From contig CAZCAP010000001.1 of the NCBI GenBank assembly GCA_964496765.1, positions 45,632 through 63,508 on the forward strand: DNA of 17,877 nt. The letters run 5' to 3'. Positions 7,528 through 16,242 of the stretch are shown here, one piece after another. The notes below the pieces were generated by a model. It had not been told where the DNA came from, did not search any database, and was given only the letters and a program-made list of their open reading frames with translations. Both the position numbers and the translations under genes were made by a program. Within the stretch, counting starts at the first letter, position 1; each line of letters opens with the position of its first letter. The DNA is from an uncultured archaeon (GTDB taxonomy: Archaea > Iainarchaeota > Iainarchaeia > Iainarchaeales > CSSED10-239).

Positions 7528-8049
7528 ATGATTGATATTATCCTAAACTATGTTTGGTTTATTCTTAAGCTATTGGCATTATGTATTGCTTTATCAATTC
7601 CAATACTTATTTTAACTTATATATTTAAGGGATGGTTTGAAAGATCAAAGAAAAGTTTTTTGTTTAAACTATCTCTGGTTACCTATCTAATCTCTCTAAT
7701 TGGAATCTGTTTAATCTATTTCATTCCTGTTTTCAAGATTGGGTTAGGAGATGGCTATGGTTTCTGGAACTATATTGTATTTATTTTCCTACATCTTCTT
7801 TGGTTTATAATAATAAATATCCTAATTACAGCTATAATAATTATATTTGGAATGATAACAAAAGGAATATATGATTCATTCCTAAAAAAGAAAAACTTGA
7901 AAAACAAAAAGAAAGTAAAAGCAATTGAACCAATAAGCATAAAGTTCCTATGGATTAGTTTAATAATCACATGGATTATTATATTTATAGTATATATTGT
8001 GTTCCCTAAATTAATTGCAATGCTATTATACTTAATTTATTTATCTTAA
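7528..8049 (+). CDS. Polytopic membrane protein, about 4 TM segments, unknown function
   Basis: MIDIILNYVWFILKLLALCIALSIPILIL... with multiple hydrophobic segments and a basic loop KKKNLKNKKKVK. Confidence 0.65.
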   Translation: MIDIILNYVWFILKLLALCIALSIPILILTYIFKGWFERSKKSFLFKLSLVTYLISLIGICLIYFIPVFKIGLGDGYGFWNYIVFIFLHLLWFIIINILITAIIIIFGMITKGIYDSFLKKKNLKNKKKVKAIEPISIKFLWISLIITWIIIFIVYIVFPKLIAMLLYLIYLS

Positions 8050-8072
8050 ATATAAATGGATGATGAGAAACA

Positions 8073-11000
8073 ATGAAAGACTTTGATATCAATAAAATAA
8101 TTACTGTAGTATTCCTCCTATTATTTTCAACAGGTGTATTTGCATACAATGTTGACTATGATAGATTAAATCCAGTAGTAACAAGTACAGTAAATAATAA
8201 ATCAACTCTTTTTTTTGCAGATGCAACATCCAATGCACAGGATCAAATAAATGATTTCGGAGGAGGGTGTTATACTGAGACACTTCCAAAGGAAAGTATT
8301 GAAAAAATATGGAATGATATTCTAGTTAATGGATTTAGAATTGATAAACTCTCATCAAACATAGAAGCAAACACAAATAGAGATACACTTGATAAAAGTG
8401 AAGTGATGTTAACTGACTCAACAACCAAAGGTGGAGATGTTGTTATTAAAAAAGACATGCCTTCACAGATCATGGAACCTCTTGAAACTCCAGGAATCCT
8501 TGGAGAAGTTTGTTCAGGTCCCTATTCATATTCTATTAATTTAAAATCAACTTTAAGAGTAGGAAGATGCGCAGATAATAATGTTGCATGCTATCTCTCA
8601 AGCGGTGGATTGTTTAGACAAAATGGAAACGAAGGTTTCTTTAAAGAAATACAAACAGTTGGGCAGGATATGCTAGACATGGTTGGTGTTAATAAGGTAA
8701 AAGAATTTGCTGGAGAGGTTGTAAATTCAGATCTTAACTTTGATACCAATGTTGATCTAGGAATGTTCTCTGATATGTCAGCTGAAGAATTAGCATACTT
8801 TAGTCAAACACAACTTGTGGATGCTAATAGAACATCAATTGATATTCAAAAAACAAATTTATTATTAGATAAGGCAATTAAGAATAGTTATAAAACAGAC
8901 ACATTCAATGCAAGCATGGAAACAACCTGTTCAGGAGAAAATTGTTATATTAATGTTTATTCTCTATTTGATAAAGTATTTAATCAATACTTCTCAGCAG
9001 ATCTTGTAATGTCTTCAGTATCTCCTCTTCTCTGGAAAGCAGCAACAGGAATATTTGGAAGAGGAACAAACATTCTAAGGAAATACACAGGAATAGATAA
9101 TATTAGTAAGAAGATTGCTGGTAAAGATAAGTTTTTCAAACAAGGTGGGTTTGTTGACAACATTTTAAATAATAGAAATAATCCTCTAAGAGCAATAAGC
9201 AATGCAACAGAACTTAAGACAGCACTAAGAGATGTTGATTCATATTCTAGATTACTTGCAGAAAAACAAGCAACCAATCTTAAGAAACTACAGAGATATG
9301 AGCTTGAACCAGTAATGAATGACTATGTTAAGGTTCTAAAAGATAAGAAACAAATTGATGCTCTAAAGAAAGAATTTTTTGAAGGTGGTAAATTCGCTAA
9401 ACTTAACAAAGCTCAAAAAAGAATATTCTTTGAAGTTGCTCAAGATTATCATGATCAAATTAAAATAACTAAAGCTGTTATTTCTAGTCTAGAAACAGAT
9501 CCTATATATAAAAGTGCATATGAAACAGCAAGAAAAGAACTTCTAAACATATCAACAGGAGAAGTTAAACTAGGAACAACAATTCCAAAAGATATGACTG
9601 ATTTTTATAAAGCACTAACAAAAGAACAATATAAAGCACTTGAAGATAATACTATACAAATAAACAAACTTGCAAAAGACTGGGAAAGCTTTTCTAATGA
9701 TCAAATACCTTGGAAGGAAGGACAAAGCAATCTCAAATCAATAACCGAAAGAAAATTTTACAAACAAGAAGTAAATCCAAATACTGGAGCATTAGAAAAC
9801 AAAGAATATTTAATGAATAAAGTAAAACCAACTGACCAAGGTAATCCAATTAAGATTACAGAAACTGGCGGGGGTGGAAAGGATGCATTTATTCCTCTTG
9901 GTGATGGAAAAGGAACACTGCTTGATAAAAAAAATACATTTGTTACACAAAAAGTAACAGTTAACTTTGCAGATGGCCCACAGGAAATTATAAAATATGT
10001 ACCCTATGCTGAGCAGGTTGATGTTGTTAAAGGAGGAACCTTCTTTACTGATCAGCTACAAGCATTTAAATCAATGCCAGATGTTTATATTGAATATAAA
10101 AGTGTAGCTGGACCAATGAAAAAGGTTAGAGCAACAGATCTTGCTGAATCAGATATTGATCCAGCATATAATTCATTTAATTGGTATCCAATTAAATTAC
10201 AACCAGATGATGTTGTAAAGTATGGTTATGATCCTGTTGAGTTATCAACTGATTTTACAAAAACAGCAAACATACGTTTTGGAGATATGGAAACAGTTTC
10301 TGGAAAAACAATGGAGCTTATGCAAAACCAAGGATGGGTTTCAGGAAAAGGAATTAATTGGATAAATCAAAAAATGAAAGCAATGGATGTTACAAACTTT
10401 AAAAAAAGCCCATTAAACATACTTGCTAATCCATTGAAAGCATATGCCTACAATGTATTCTATTGGGAATTCAAATCTGGTTTTGTTCACAATCCTCTTG
10501 GACTTGATATGTTTAAAGATTATTCACTATACAGAATACCAGATACATACACAGCAGTAATCATACAACCAGGAGAAACAGGAGATGTATACAAGGACGC
10601 ATATATTGATTTCTTTGCTAATGATGGTTCTGATCAGGGAGACCTATTTGAACAATACTTTAACTCAATGCTCTTTTGGATAGTTAAGATTGCAAAGGAA
10701 GGATTATACAATTGGGATATAGGAGCTGCAGAAAGTGTAAGCAATTGGATAAAAGAATTTACTGAAAATCAAATAAGAAGAAGTGCAGTGGATGATATTG
10801 TTCTATTAACTGATGCAGAAAATGGTGGATGTACGAGCTCATGTACAGTTAAGATAGGAGATGGTACAGTTCTTGAAAAAAGAACATTAGATAATTCAAT
10901 GCTTCTTGATACTCAAAAAGAAAATGACCCTTTCACTTCTGATGTAACAACCAATAATCAAGAATCCAATACAATTAACCCAACAATACCAACTATTGAA

Positions 11001-13154
11001 AAATTAAATATAGTTATGTCTGTTCCAAATGGAGTAAAAACACCAAACTATGTTCTTGAAAACACAACTGCAGAAAACACAAAGGATGAAGGACAAACAT
11101 TAATTACCTTCTCCCATCATACAAACTATGATGGAACCATTGCAGGAGATACAACAAAAGATTCTGTAAATCTAGCTCAGGCAAATAATGATGAAACAAC
11201 CTGTTCAGCAAAGATCAGAGATCTTGAATTACTTGGTGTTCCAATTGGTTGGACAGTTAATTGGACAGGAAAAACCTACAGAGCAGGAATGGTTTCTGCA
11301 ATTTCTAGTAACCTTGCATATTATGTTTTATCTGCACCTAGTCATCGTATGATGATGGGTATGGTTGTTGGAGACATTGTCCCACAAATGCTAATCGTAC
11401 CAGAAATAAATAACTGTATTGATGATGAAGAAGGTTATTACACACACATATTTGTTGCTAAAGAAGAATATGAAAGAATTGAAGGAGATCCAAAAAATAA
11501 AATAGGAGACATGGTTTCAAAGGGTGCTGATGGAGTTACTCAAACATTATCAGGAGTAACAAATGGTACAAAGCTTCAGGATGTGGTTCAAGCAGGAGCT
11601 GCAGAAGTTAAGAATCTAGCAGAAACTAAACTAAAGGATAATCCAATTGTTCAAGCTAGATTTGAAACAATAAATAGCACAACAGGTTCTCTTGAAGGTA
11701 AACTTTTCTTCTTTGAGCTTGGAAAAGGTTCAAGCTGTAGAGCAAGTGGATACAATGATAAGGGTGTTGAATACCTAACTGACGCACAAACCAAACAAAC
11801 ACTTGTTATTGATAAAGAAATTGGAGAACTTGCATTAATTGATGAAAAGGGAAATAAAAATATTATTATTCCATCAGAAAAAAAGGACTTTGTAAGATTA
11901 ATTGCAACTAATCTAGGTATTCCAGCAAAGGTAATACCACACAAGATAAGTTACATACCTGTTCCTGATGATAATTCTCCATTGTTCACAATGGATGTTT
12001 ATGGTAATCTAACTATTGAGAACCAGGACGTTCTTTCTTGTCTTAAATCAAACTATAATTCCCAAACAGGATTAACAATGGAAGGATCAGTCCTAACTGA
12101 CTATATTGGTCCAGTAAAAATGATAACAAACAGTAACCCAATTGATCCAACCACTCAATATGATTTAATACCTAAAGGCCTTCTAGGAGCAACAGAGATT
12201 GTTGCTGAGGGAAGTCCAAGGAAGATTGCAGATGGAGCAGGCGCAAAAGCTGTAATCATGGGTAATCGTATGACCAGATTAAGCCCTGTTGAAGGAAAAA
12301 CTGAAGGGGTAGGACAGAACATAGCTATTCAGTTTGAAAGAGGCCAGCTTATTTACAATGGAGAGAAAAACAGCTATATACTCTGGGTTGAGCAAACAGC
12401 AGTAATTAACCAAACTGAGGTTGGAGGACTTAAAACTAATCTTGTAAAATACACAAATGATCAAGGTTGTGAAGAGGTTGCACTTGATTTCAAAATAACT
12501 CCAAAGGAAGGAAGTGGAGAAGCTGCAAAAAAAGCAGCAACAATGAACACTGCTCTTGAAAACGTTGGACCTTTCCAAATGTTTGATACTGCAACTAAAT
12601 CATTTATTTTCTATACAACTCCTGCACCAGAGTGTGAGAAAAGATTAAAAATAATTGATAAGCTCACTGGTCAGGTAATAACTGATCAAGCAATAACAGA
12701 TATTGTTGAAACTCCAGATGGAATGATTGTAACAACCGCTGATGGACAACAGCATAATTTCGCATTCTCTGCAGAGGATGGAGTACCTAAGCTTAAATAC
12801 AATGATGAAACACAAACTCTATTATCTGCTCAGGGTAAGAATGGTGCTTTCTACTATGATCCAAACACAGGTAACTGGTACACAGAGAACGGACACCTAA
12901 TCCCATTCAATCCAGAATACAAGGATGGAATCATGTACAAGACTGGTGAAGATGGTAAAGTTTATGGAACACCAAATGAAAATCCAATGAACATAAACAT
13001 AGGTTCTACTGGTGGAGCAAGCAAGGGATTCAATATACCTCTAACTCCAGAAAAAACCGGAATTGCAATTACCTATGTTGCTGCAATCATCTTTGGATTA
13101 GTTGCAATCTTTGTAATGATTGGTCCAATAAATAGAAAAAAGAAGAAAAAATAA
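8073..13154 (+). CDS. Giant (1693 aa) exported surface protein with N-terminal signal/TM and C-terminal TM anchor with basic tail
   Basis: N-terminus MKDFDINKIITVVFLLLFSTGVFA; C-terminus KTGIAITYVAAIIFGLVAIFVMIGPINRKKKKK. Dispersed Cys (14 by eye), several NxS/T sequons, Lys/Glu-rich helical region about aa 390-560, beta-rich second half. No recognised enzymatic domain. Confidence 0.85.
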   Translation: MKDFDINKIITVVFLLLFSTGVFAYNVDYDRLNPVVTSTVNNKSTLFFADATSNAQDQINDFGGGCYTETLPKESIEKIWNDILVNGFRIDKLSSNIEANTNRDTLDKSEVMLTDSTTKGGDVVIKKDMPSQIMEPLETPGILGEVCSGPYSYSINLKSTLRVGRCADNNVACYLSSGGLFRQNGNEGFFKEIQTVGQDMLDMVGVNKVKEFAGEVVNSDLNFDTNVDLGMFSDMSAEELAYFSQTQLVDANRTSIDIQKTNLLLDKAIKNSYKTDTFNASMETTCSGENCYINVYSLFDKVFNQYFSADLVMSSVSPLLWKAATGIFGRGTNILRKYTGIDNISKKIAGKDKFFKQGGFVDNILNNRNNPLRAISNATELKTALRDVDSYSRLLAEKQATNLKKLQRYELEPVMNDYVKVLKDKKQIDALKKEFFEGGKFAKLNKAQKRIFFEVAQDYHDQIKITKAVISSLETDPIYKSAYETARKELLNISTGEVKLGTTIPKDMTDFYKALTKEQYKALEDNTIQINKLAKDWESFSNDQIPWKEGQSNLKSITERKFYKQEVNPNTGALENKEYLMNKVKPTDQGNPIKITETGGGGKDAFIPLGDGKGTLLDKKNTFVTQKVTVNFADGPQEIIKYVPYAEQVDVVKGGTFFTDQLQAFKSMPDVYIEYKSVAGPMKKVRATDLAESDIDPAYNSFNWYPIKLQPDDVVKYGYDPVELSTDFTKTANIRFGDMETVSGKTMELMQNQGWVSGKGINWINQKMKAMDVTNFKKSPLNILANPLKAYAYNVFYWEFKSGFVHNPLGLDMFKDYSLYRIPDTYTAVIIQPGETGDVYKDAYIDFFANDGSDQGDLFEQYFNSMLFWIVKIAKEGLYNWDIGAAESVSNWIKEFTENQIRRSAVDDIVLLTDAENGGCTSSCTVKIGDGTVLEKRTLDNSMLLDTQKENDPFTSDVTTNNQESNTINPTIPTIEKLNIVMSVPNGVKTPNYVLENTTAENTKDEGQTLITFSHHTNYDGTIAGDTTKDSVNLAQANNDETTCSAKIRDLELLGVPIGWTVNWTGKTYRAGMVSAISSNLAYYVLSAPSHRMMMGMVVGDIVPQMLIVPEINNCIDDEEGYYTHIFVAKEEYERIEGDPKNKIGDMVSKGADGVTQTLSGVTNGTKLQDVVQAGAAEVKNLAETKLKDNPIVQARFETINSTTGSLEGKLFFFELGKGSSCRASGYNDKGVEYLTDAQTKQTLVIDKEIGELALIDEKGNKNIIIPSEKKDFVRLIATNLGIPAKVIPHKISYIPVPDDNSPLFTMDVYGNLTIENQDVLSCLKSNYNSQTGLTMEGSVLTDYIGPVKMITNSNPIDPTTQYDLIPKGLLGATEIVAEGSPRKIADGAGAKAVIMGNRMTRLSPVEGKTEGVGQNIAIQFERGQLIYNGEKNSYILWVEQTAVINQTEVGGLKTNLVKYTNDQGCEEVALDFKITPKEGSGEAAKKAATMNTALENVGPFQMFDTATKSFIFYTTPAPECEKRLKIIDKLTGQVITDQAITDIVETPDGMIVTTADGQQHNFAFSAEDGVPKLKYNDETQTLLSAQGKNGAFYYDPNTGNWYTENGHLIPFNPEYKDGIMYKTGEDGKVYGTPNENPMNINIGSTGGASKGFNIPLTPEKTGIAITYVAAIIFGLVAIFVMIGPINRKKKKK

Positions 13155-13171
13155 AGTTTCTTCTTTTTTTT
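13136..13171 (+). terminator. Terminator-like hairpin at the 3' end of the giant gene
   Basis: Poly-Lys codon arm AAAAAAGAAGAAA (13136-13148, beginning at the A run after G13135; one extra A may slip) pairs with TTTCTTCTTTTTT (13157-13169), then T-rich sequence. Confidence 0.5.
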
Positions 13172-13267
13172 AAATCTTTTTCTTAAAATATATATATTTA
13201 TAAAGTATTTCTAAGTAAATTATATATAAATTAATTTATTAAATATTAAAAGTGATTGTGATAAAAT

Positions 13268-14761
13268 ATGTCAAGACTTGAAGAATACGAAGAATCAAGA
13301 AGAAATAACTATAACTATCTTCTTGAAAACAAAATAGAACCCTATCCCTATGAATTCAATAGAACACACACATCAAAAAATATTAAAGAAAAATATTCTA
13401 CTCTTGAAGCTGACAAGTTCACAACTGAAGAAGCATCCTATGCAGGACGTTTATTACTATTTAGAAATATTGGAAAAATAATTTTCCTAGATCTCTATGA
13501 TTCCTATGGAAAAATGCAAGTGGTTGCAAAAGATGATACCCTATCAAAAGAAGATTTTGATTTACTTCAACATGTGGATAAGGGAGACATTCTTGGAGTT
13601 AGAGGAAAAATATTTAAAACAAAAAGAGGGGAAATCTCAATTGAAGCAGAGAGCATAATTTTTTTATCAAAAGCTTTCCTTCCTCTTCCTGATAAGTTTC
13701 ATGGTTTATCAGATCCTGAATTAAGATATAGAAAAAGATATTTAGATTTAATGACAAATCAGGATGTTAAAGATGTCTTCTATAAGAGAGCAGAAATACT
13801 TTCAATCATAAGAGAAGTGTTTGCTAAACGTGGTTTTCTTGAGGTTGAAACTCCACTTCTTCAACCACTTTATGGTGGAGCTAATGCCAGACCGTTTGTA
13901 ACCGAAAGCTTTGTTTGGAAAAGAAAATTATATTTATCCATTTCTCCTGAGCTCTATCTTAAAAGATTACTAGTTGGTGGGTTTGATAAAGTTTATACAA
14001 TTTGTAAAAACTTTAGAAACGAAGGCGTTGATAAATCTCATAATCCTGAGTTTACTATGGTTGAAGCCTATGAGGCCTACAAGGATTACAACTCAGCAAT
14101 AGATTTAATTGAAGAGATTTACGAAACAATTGCATTAAGATTATTTAATACTACAAAAATAGTTTATCAAGATAAGGAATACGATTTCAAAAGACCTTGG
14201 AAGAAGCTTACAATGAAACAAGCATTACTTGAGTTTGGAAAAGTAGATGTTGATAAACTTAGTGATGATCAAATTAAAGAGATGCTTAAAGAACATAAGG
14301 TTGTTCTTGAAGATTATAAAAGAGGACTTGGAATATCTGAGTTGTTTGAGGTTCTTTGTGATGAACATCTATCAGGACCAATACATATCATAGACCATCC
14401 AAAAGAAACAACACCTCTTTGTAAATTACATAGAGATGATAAGACCCTAATTGAAAGAAACGAACCCTACATGCATGGTATGGAATTAGCAAACATCTAT
14501 TCAGAACTGAATGATCCAAACATTCAAGAAGAATTAATGTATGATCAAAAGGACCAAGGTAGAGCAAAAGGAGAAAGTCATCCAGTCGATACAGATTACA
14601 TTGAATCATTAAAGTATGGTATGCCACCAGCCTATGGAATAGGTTTTGGGGTTGATAGATTAGTTATGTTATTTACAAACTCTCAGAACATAAGGGATGT
14701 AATATTATTTCCAATGCTTCGTGAAGAAGATGGGAAAACAGAATCAGAAGAAAAGAAGTGA
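13268..14761 (+). CDS. lysS: Lysyl-tRNA synthetase, class II
   Basis: Class II motifs: 'LSDPELRYRKRYLDLMTNQDVKDVFYKRAEILSIIREVFAKRGFLEVETPLL', 'FVWKRKLYLSISPELYLKRLLVGGFDKVYTICKNFRNEGVDKSHNPEFTMVEAYEAY', and C-terminal 'YGIGFGVDRLVMLFTNSQNIRDVILFPMLR'. Confidence 0.97.
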   Translation: MSRLEEYEESRRNNYNYLLENKIEPYPYEFNRTHTSKNIKEKYSTLEADKFTTEEASYAGRLLLFRNIGKIIFLDLYDSYGKMQVVAKDDTLSKEDFDLLQHVDKGDILGVRGKIFKTKRGEISIEAESIIFLSKAFLPLPDKFHGLSDPELRYRKRYLDLMTNQDVKDVFYKRAEILSIIREVFAKRGFLEVETPLLQPLYGGANARPFVTESFVWKRKLYLSISPELYLKRLLVGGFDKVYTICKNFRNEGVDKSHNPEFTMVEAYEAYKDYNSAIDLIEEIYETIALRLFNTTKIVYQDKEYDFKRPWKKLTMKQALLEFGKVDVDKLSDDQIKEMLKEHKVVLEDYKRGLGISELFEVLCDEHLSGPIHIIDHPKETTPLCKLHRDDKTLIERNEPYMHGMELANIYSELNDPNIQEELMYDQKDQGRAKGESHPVDTDYIESLKYGMPPAYGIGFGVDRLVMLFTNSQNIRDVILFPMLREEDGKTESEEKK

Positions 14762-14769
14762 GATAGGAT

Positions 14770-14901
14770 ATGACTACAAAATGTGTTAAGTGTAATAAAG
14801 ACCTAATAACTGATAATGAAATATATTGTTCTGGTTGCAAAGCAGCAATTAAACAAAAAATAGAAAATATACAGAGATTAGATAAATTTAAAAAGGCATA
14901 A
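14770..14901 (+). CDS. Mini zinc-ribbon protein (43 aa), not in the supplied track
   Basis: Manual translation MTTKCVKCNKDLITDNEIYCSGCKAAIKQKIENIQRLDKFKKA*: CxxC-x11-CxxC plus basic helix, directly after lysS. Confidence 0.65.
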   Translation: MTTKCVKCNKDLITDNEIYCSGCKAAIKQKIENIQRLDKFKKA

Positions 14902-14972
14902 CTGTATAATAATATATAATTTATTAGTTTAATTAAAAAACAAAAGGGATAGATAAAATAAAGTGATACAAT

Positions 14973-15131
14973 ATGGTAAATAAATGTATTGAATGCGGAC
15001 GAATTATTGATTCAACCAGAATCTATTGTAAAGGTTGTGAAGCAAGAATTAAAGAAAGAATCAAGAAAAGAGAAGAAACAATTAATAAAATAAATAGTGC
15101 TGATTTCTTTGAGAGACAAAGACTCAAATAA
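14973..15131 (+). CDS. Second mini zinc-ribbon protein (52 aa), paralogous to the 14770 ORF
   Basis: Manual translation MVNKCIECGRIIDSTRIYCKGCEARIKERIKKREETINKINSADFFERQRLK*: CxxC-x10-CxxC; GTGAT ribosome-like site at 14963-14967. Confidence 0.65.
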   Translation: MVNKCIECGRIIDSTRIYCKGCEARIKERIKKREETINKINSADFFERQRLK

Positions 15132-15173
15132 AATTATTTTTATTAAGATGAAATTTAATTTTGGCTTATTAAT

Positions 15174-15191
15174 GGCTAACTATTGTTAGCT
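15174..15191. repeat. Short inverted repeat in the leader region upstream of the SPOUT gene
   Basis: GGCTAAC-TATT-GTTAGCT (7-bp stem, outer pair G-U). Confidence 0.35.
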
Positions 15192-15254
15192 CTATTTCTA
15201 ATAGAACATAACTATATATTATGTTTGGTAAACTTATATTTAGGTGCTAAGAAT

Positions 15255-16235
15255 ATGAGATATATTATAAATTTGTCTAGATTTGTGTCCATTAATGAAA
15301 AAAAAGAAATAATGCTAGAGATTAGAAAGCAAGGAATTGATGTTAAACCTGATCCCTGGTCTTCTCTTAGATTAATTACTGATAAACCTATTTTCGATAA
15401 GCCCTATGTTTCTAACGTAATTGAACTAAAAGAAACTTTTTTTCCAAAAACCATTTCTGAAACCGTTGATCATCTAAAGAAATATGAAATTAAAGATATT
15501 AATGCAAAGATATGGGATACTGTTCCATTCCATAGAAAAGCAATTGTTGATAGATTTCTTAAGAAATCTAAGTTTATTAAAACAGGAAAAATAATTTATA
15601 TTGAAGCAAAGCCTGGAACCAATAGACCTGAACCAGAGGTTAGGCTTGGAATCATACTTGATGAAAGAAATTCTCGTTTGCTTGGAGATAATTCAAGAAC
15701 TCCAAACAAGTTTGATGATAAAAAGAAAATAAATATAAATAAAAAAGAACAATCTTTCTCTTCATTTAAGAAAAATATGCCAGGAACCCAAATTCATCCT
15801 GATTTGTTAATTGAATCTCCAAAAACAATAGGAGAAATATCTGATTTCGTTCGTCTTTCTAAAACATTTAAGATGAAAGTTTACATATCCACTCTCAATG
15901 ATCCTGATTGTGCAAGAGCAATCTCTGAGTTTAAAAATCTTAATACATTTGAGAAAGCAGATGTTGAGATAATTCAATTCTCTGATGATCTAAAAAAGGA
16001 ATATCTTCTGGTTGGATTTTCACTTTGGGGAAAAGATAAAGTCTCATCCCTTTCTAACTTAAACATAGGTTCAAAGAGGCTTCTTTTTATTTTTGGAAAC
16101 GAAAAAAGAGGTTTGAAGAAAAGCACAATGGACATGTGTGATAGGGTAATTAAAATTGGAGAAAACTCCTCAGAACCACTGAGAGCAACCCAGGCAGCTG
16201 CCTTTGCTCTAGGTTATTTGTTTGAAAGAAGATAA
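15255..16235 (+). CDS. Putative SPOUT-class (TrmH/SpoU-like) RNA methyltransferase
   Basis: C-terminal knot-like motif 'SKRLLFIFGNEKRGLKKSTMDMCDRVIKIGENSSEPLRATQAAAFALGYLFERR'. ATG 15255 (MRYIINLSRF) follows AGGTG at 15242-15246, so it is preferred over the 15183 start. Confidence 0.65.
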   Translation: MRYIINLSRFVSINEKKEIMLEIRKQGIDVKPDPWSSLRLITDKPIFDKPYVSNVIELKETFFPKTISETVDHLKKYEIKDINAKIWDTVPFHRKAIVDRFLKKSKFIKTGKIIYIEAKPGTNRPEPEVRLGIILDERNSRLLGDNSRTPNKFDDKKKININKKEQSFSSFKKNMPGTQIHPDLLIESPKTIGEISDFVRLSKTFKMKVYISTLNDPDCARAISEFKNLNTFEKADVEIIQFSDDLKKEYLLVGFSLWGKDKVSSLSNLNIGSKRLLFIFGNEKRGLKKSTMDMCDRVIKIGENSSEPLRATQAAAFALGYLFERR

Positions 16236-16242
16236 TTTAAAT

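Noticed and set aside
6883-7970. ORFs 6883-7086 (+) and 7770-7970 (-)
   Set aside because: Mirror images of the charged-protein gene and of the 7528 membrane protein; unlikely compositions and no ribosome sites.
8101-12578. Antisense ORFs inside the giant gene (8101-8289, 8270-8473, 8984-9277, 11651-11944, 12279-12578, minus strand)
   Set aside because: Short, composition mirrors the antisense of a long coherent coding frame, no ribosome sites or recognisable domains.
1-13154. Prophage or conjugative element explanation for the accessory region
   Set aside because: No integrase, capsid, portal, terminase, relaxase or transposase recognised within the window; cannot be excluded beyond the edges.
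13171-13267. Possible tRNA or small RNA in the intergenic region before lysS
   Set aside because: Almost pure A/T with no GC-containing cloverleaf arms; better explained as promoter/leader.
13268-14761. Class II lysyl-tRNA synthetase in an apparent archaeon as a novelty
   Set aside because: Many archaea use the class I enzyme, but class II LysRS is known in some archaeal groups; sequence motifs look ordinary.
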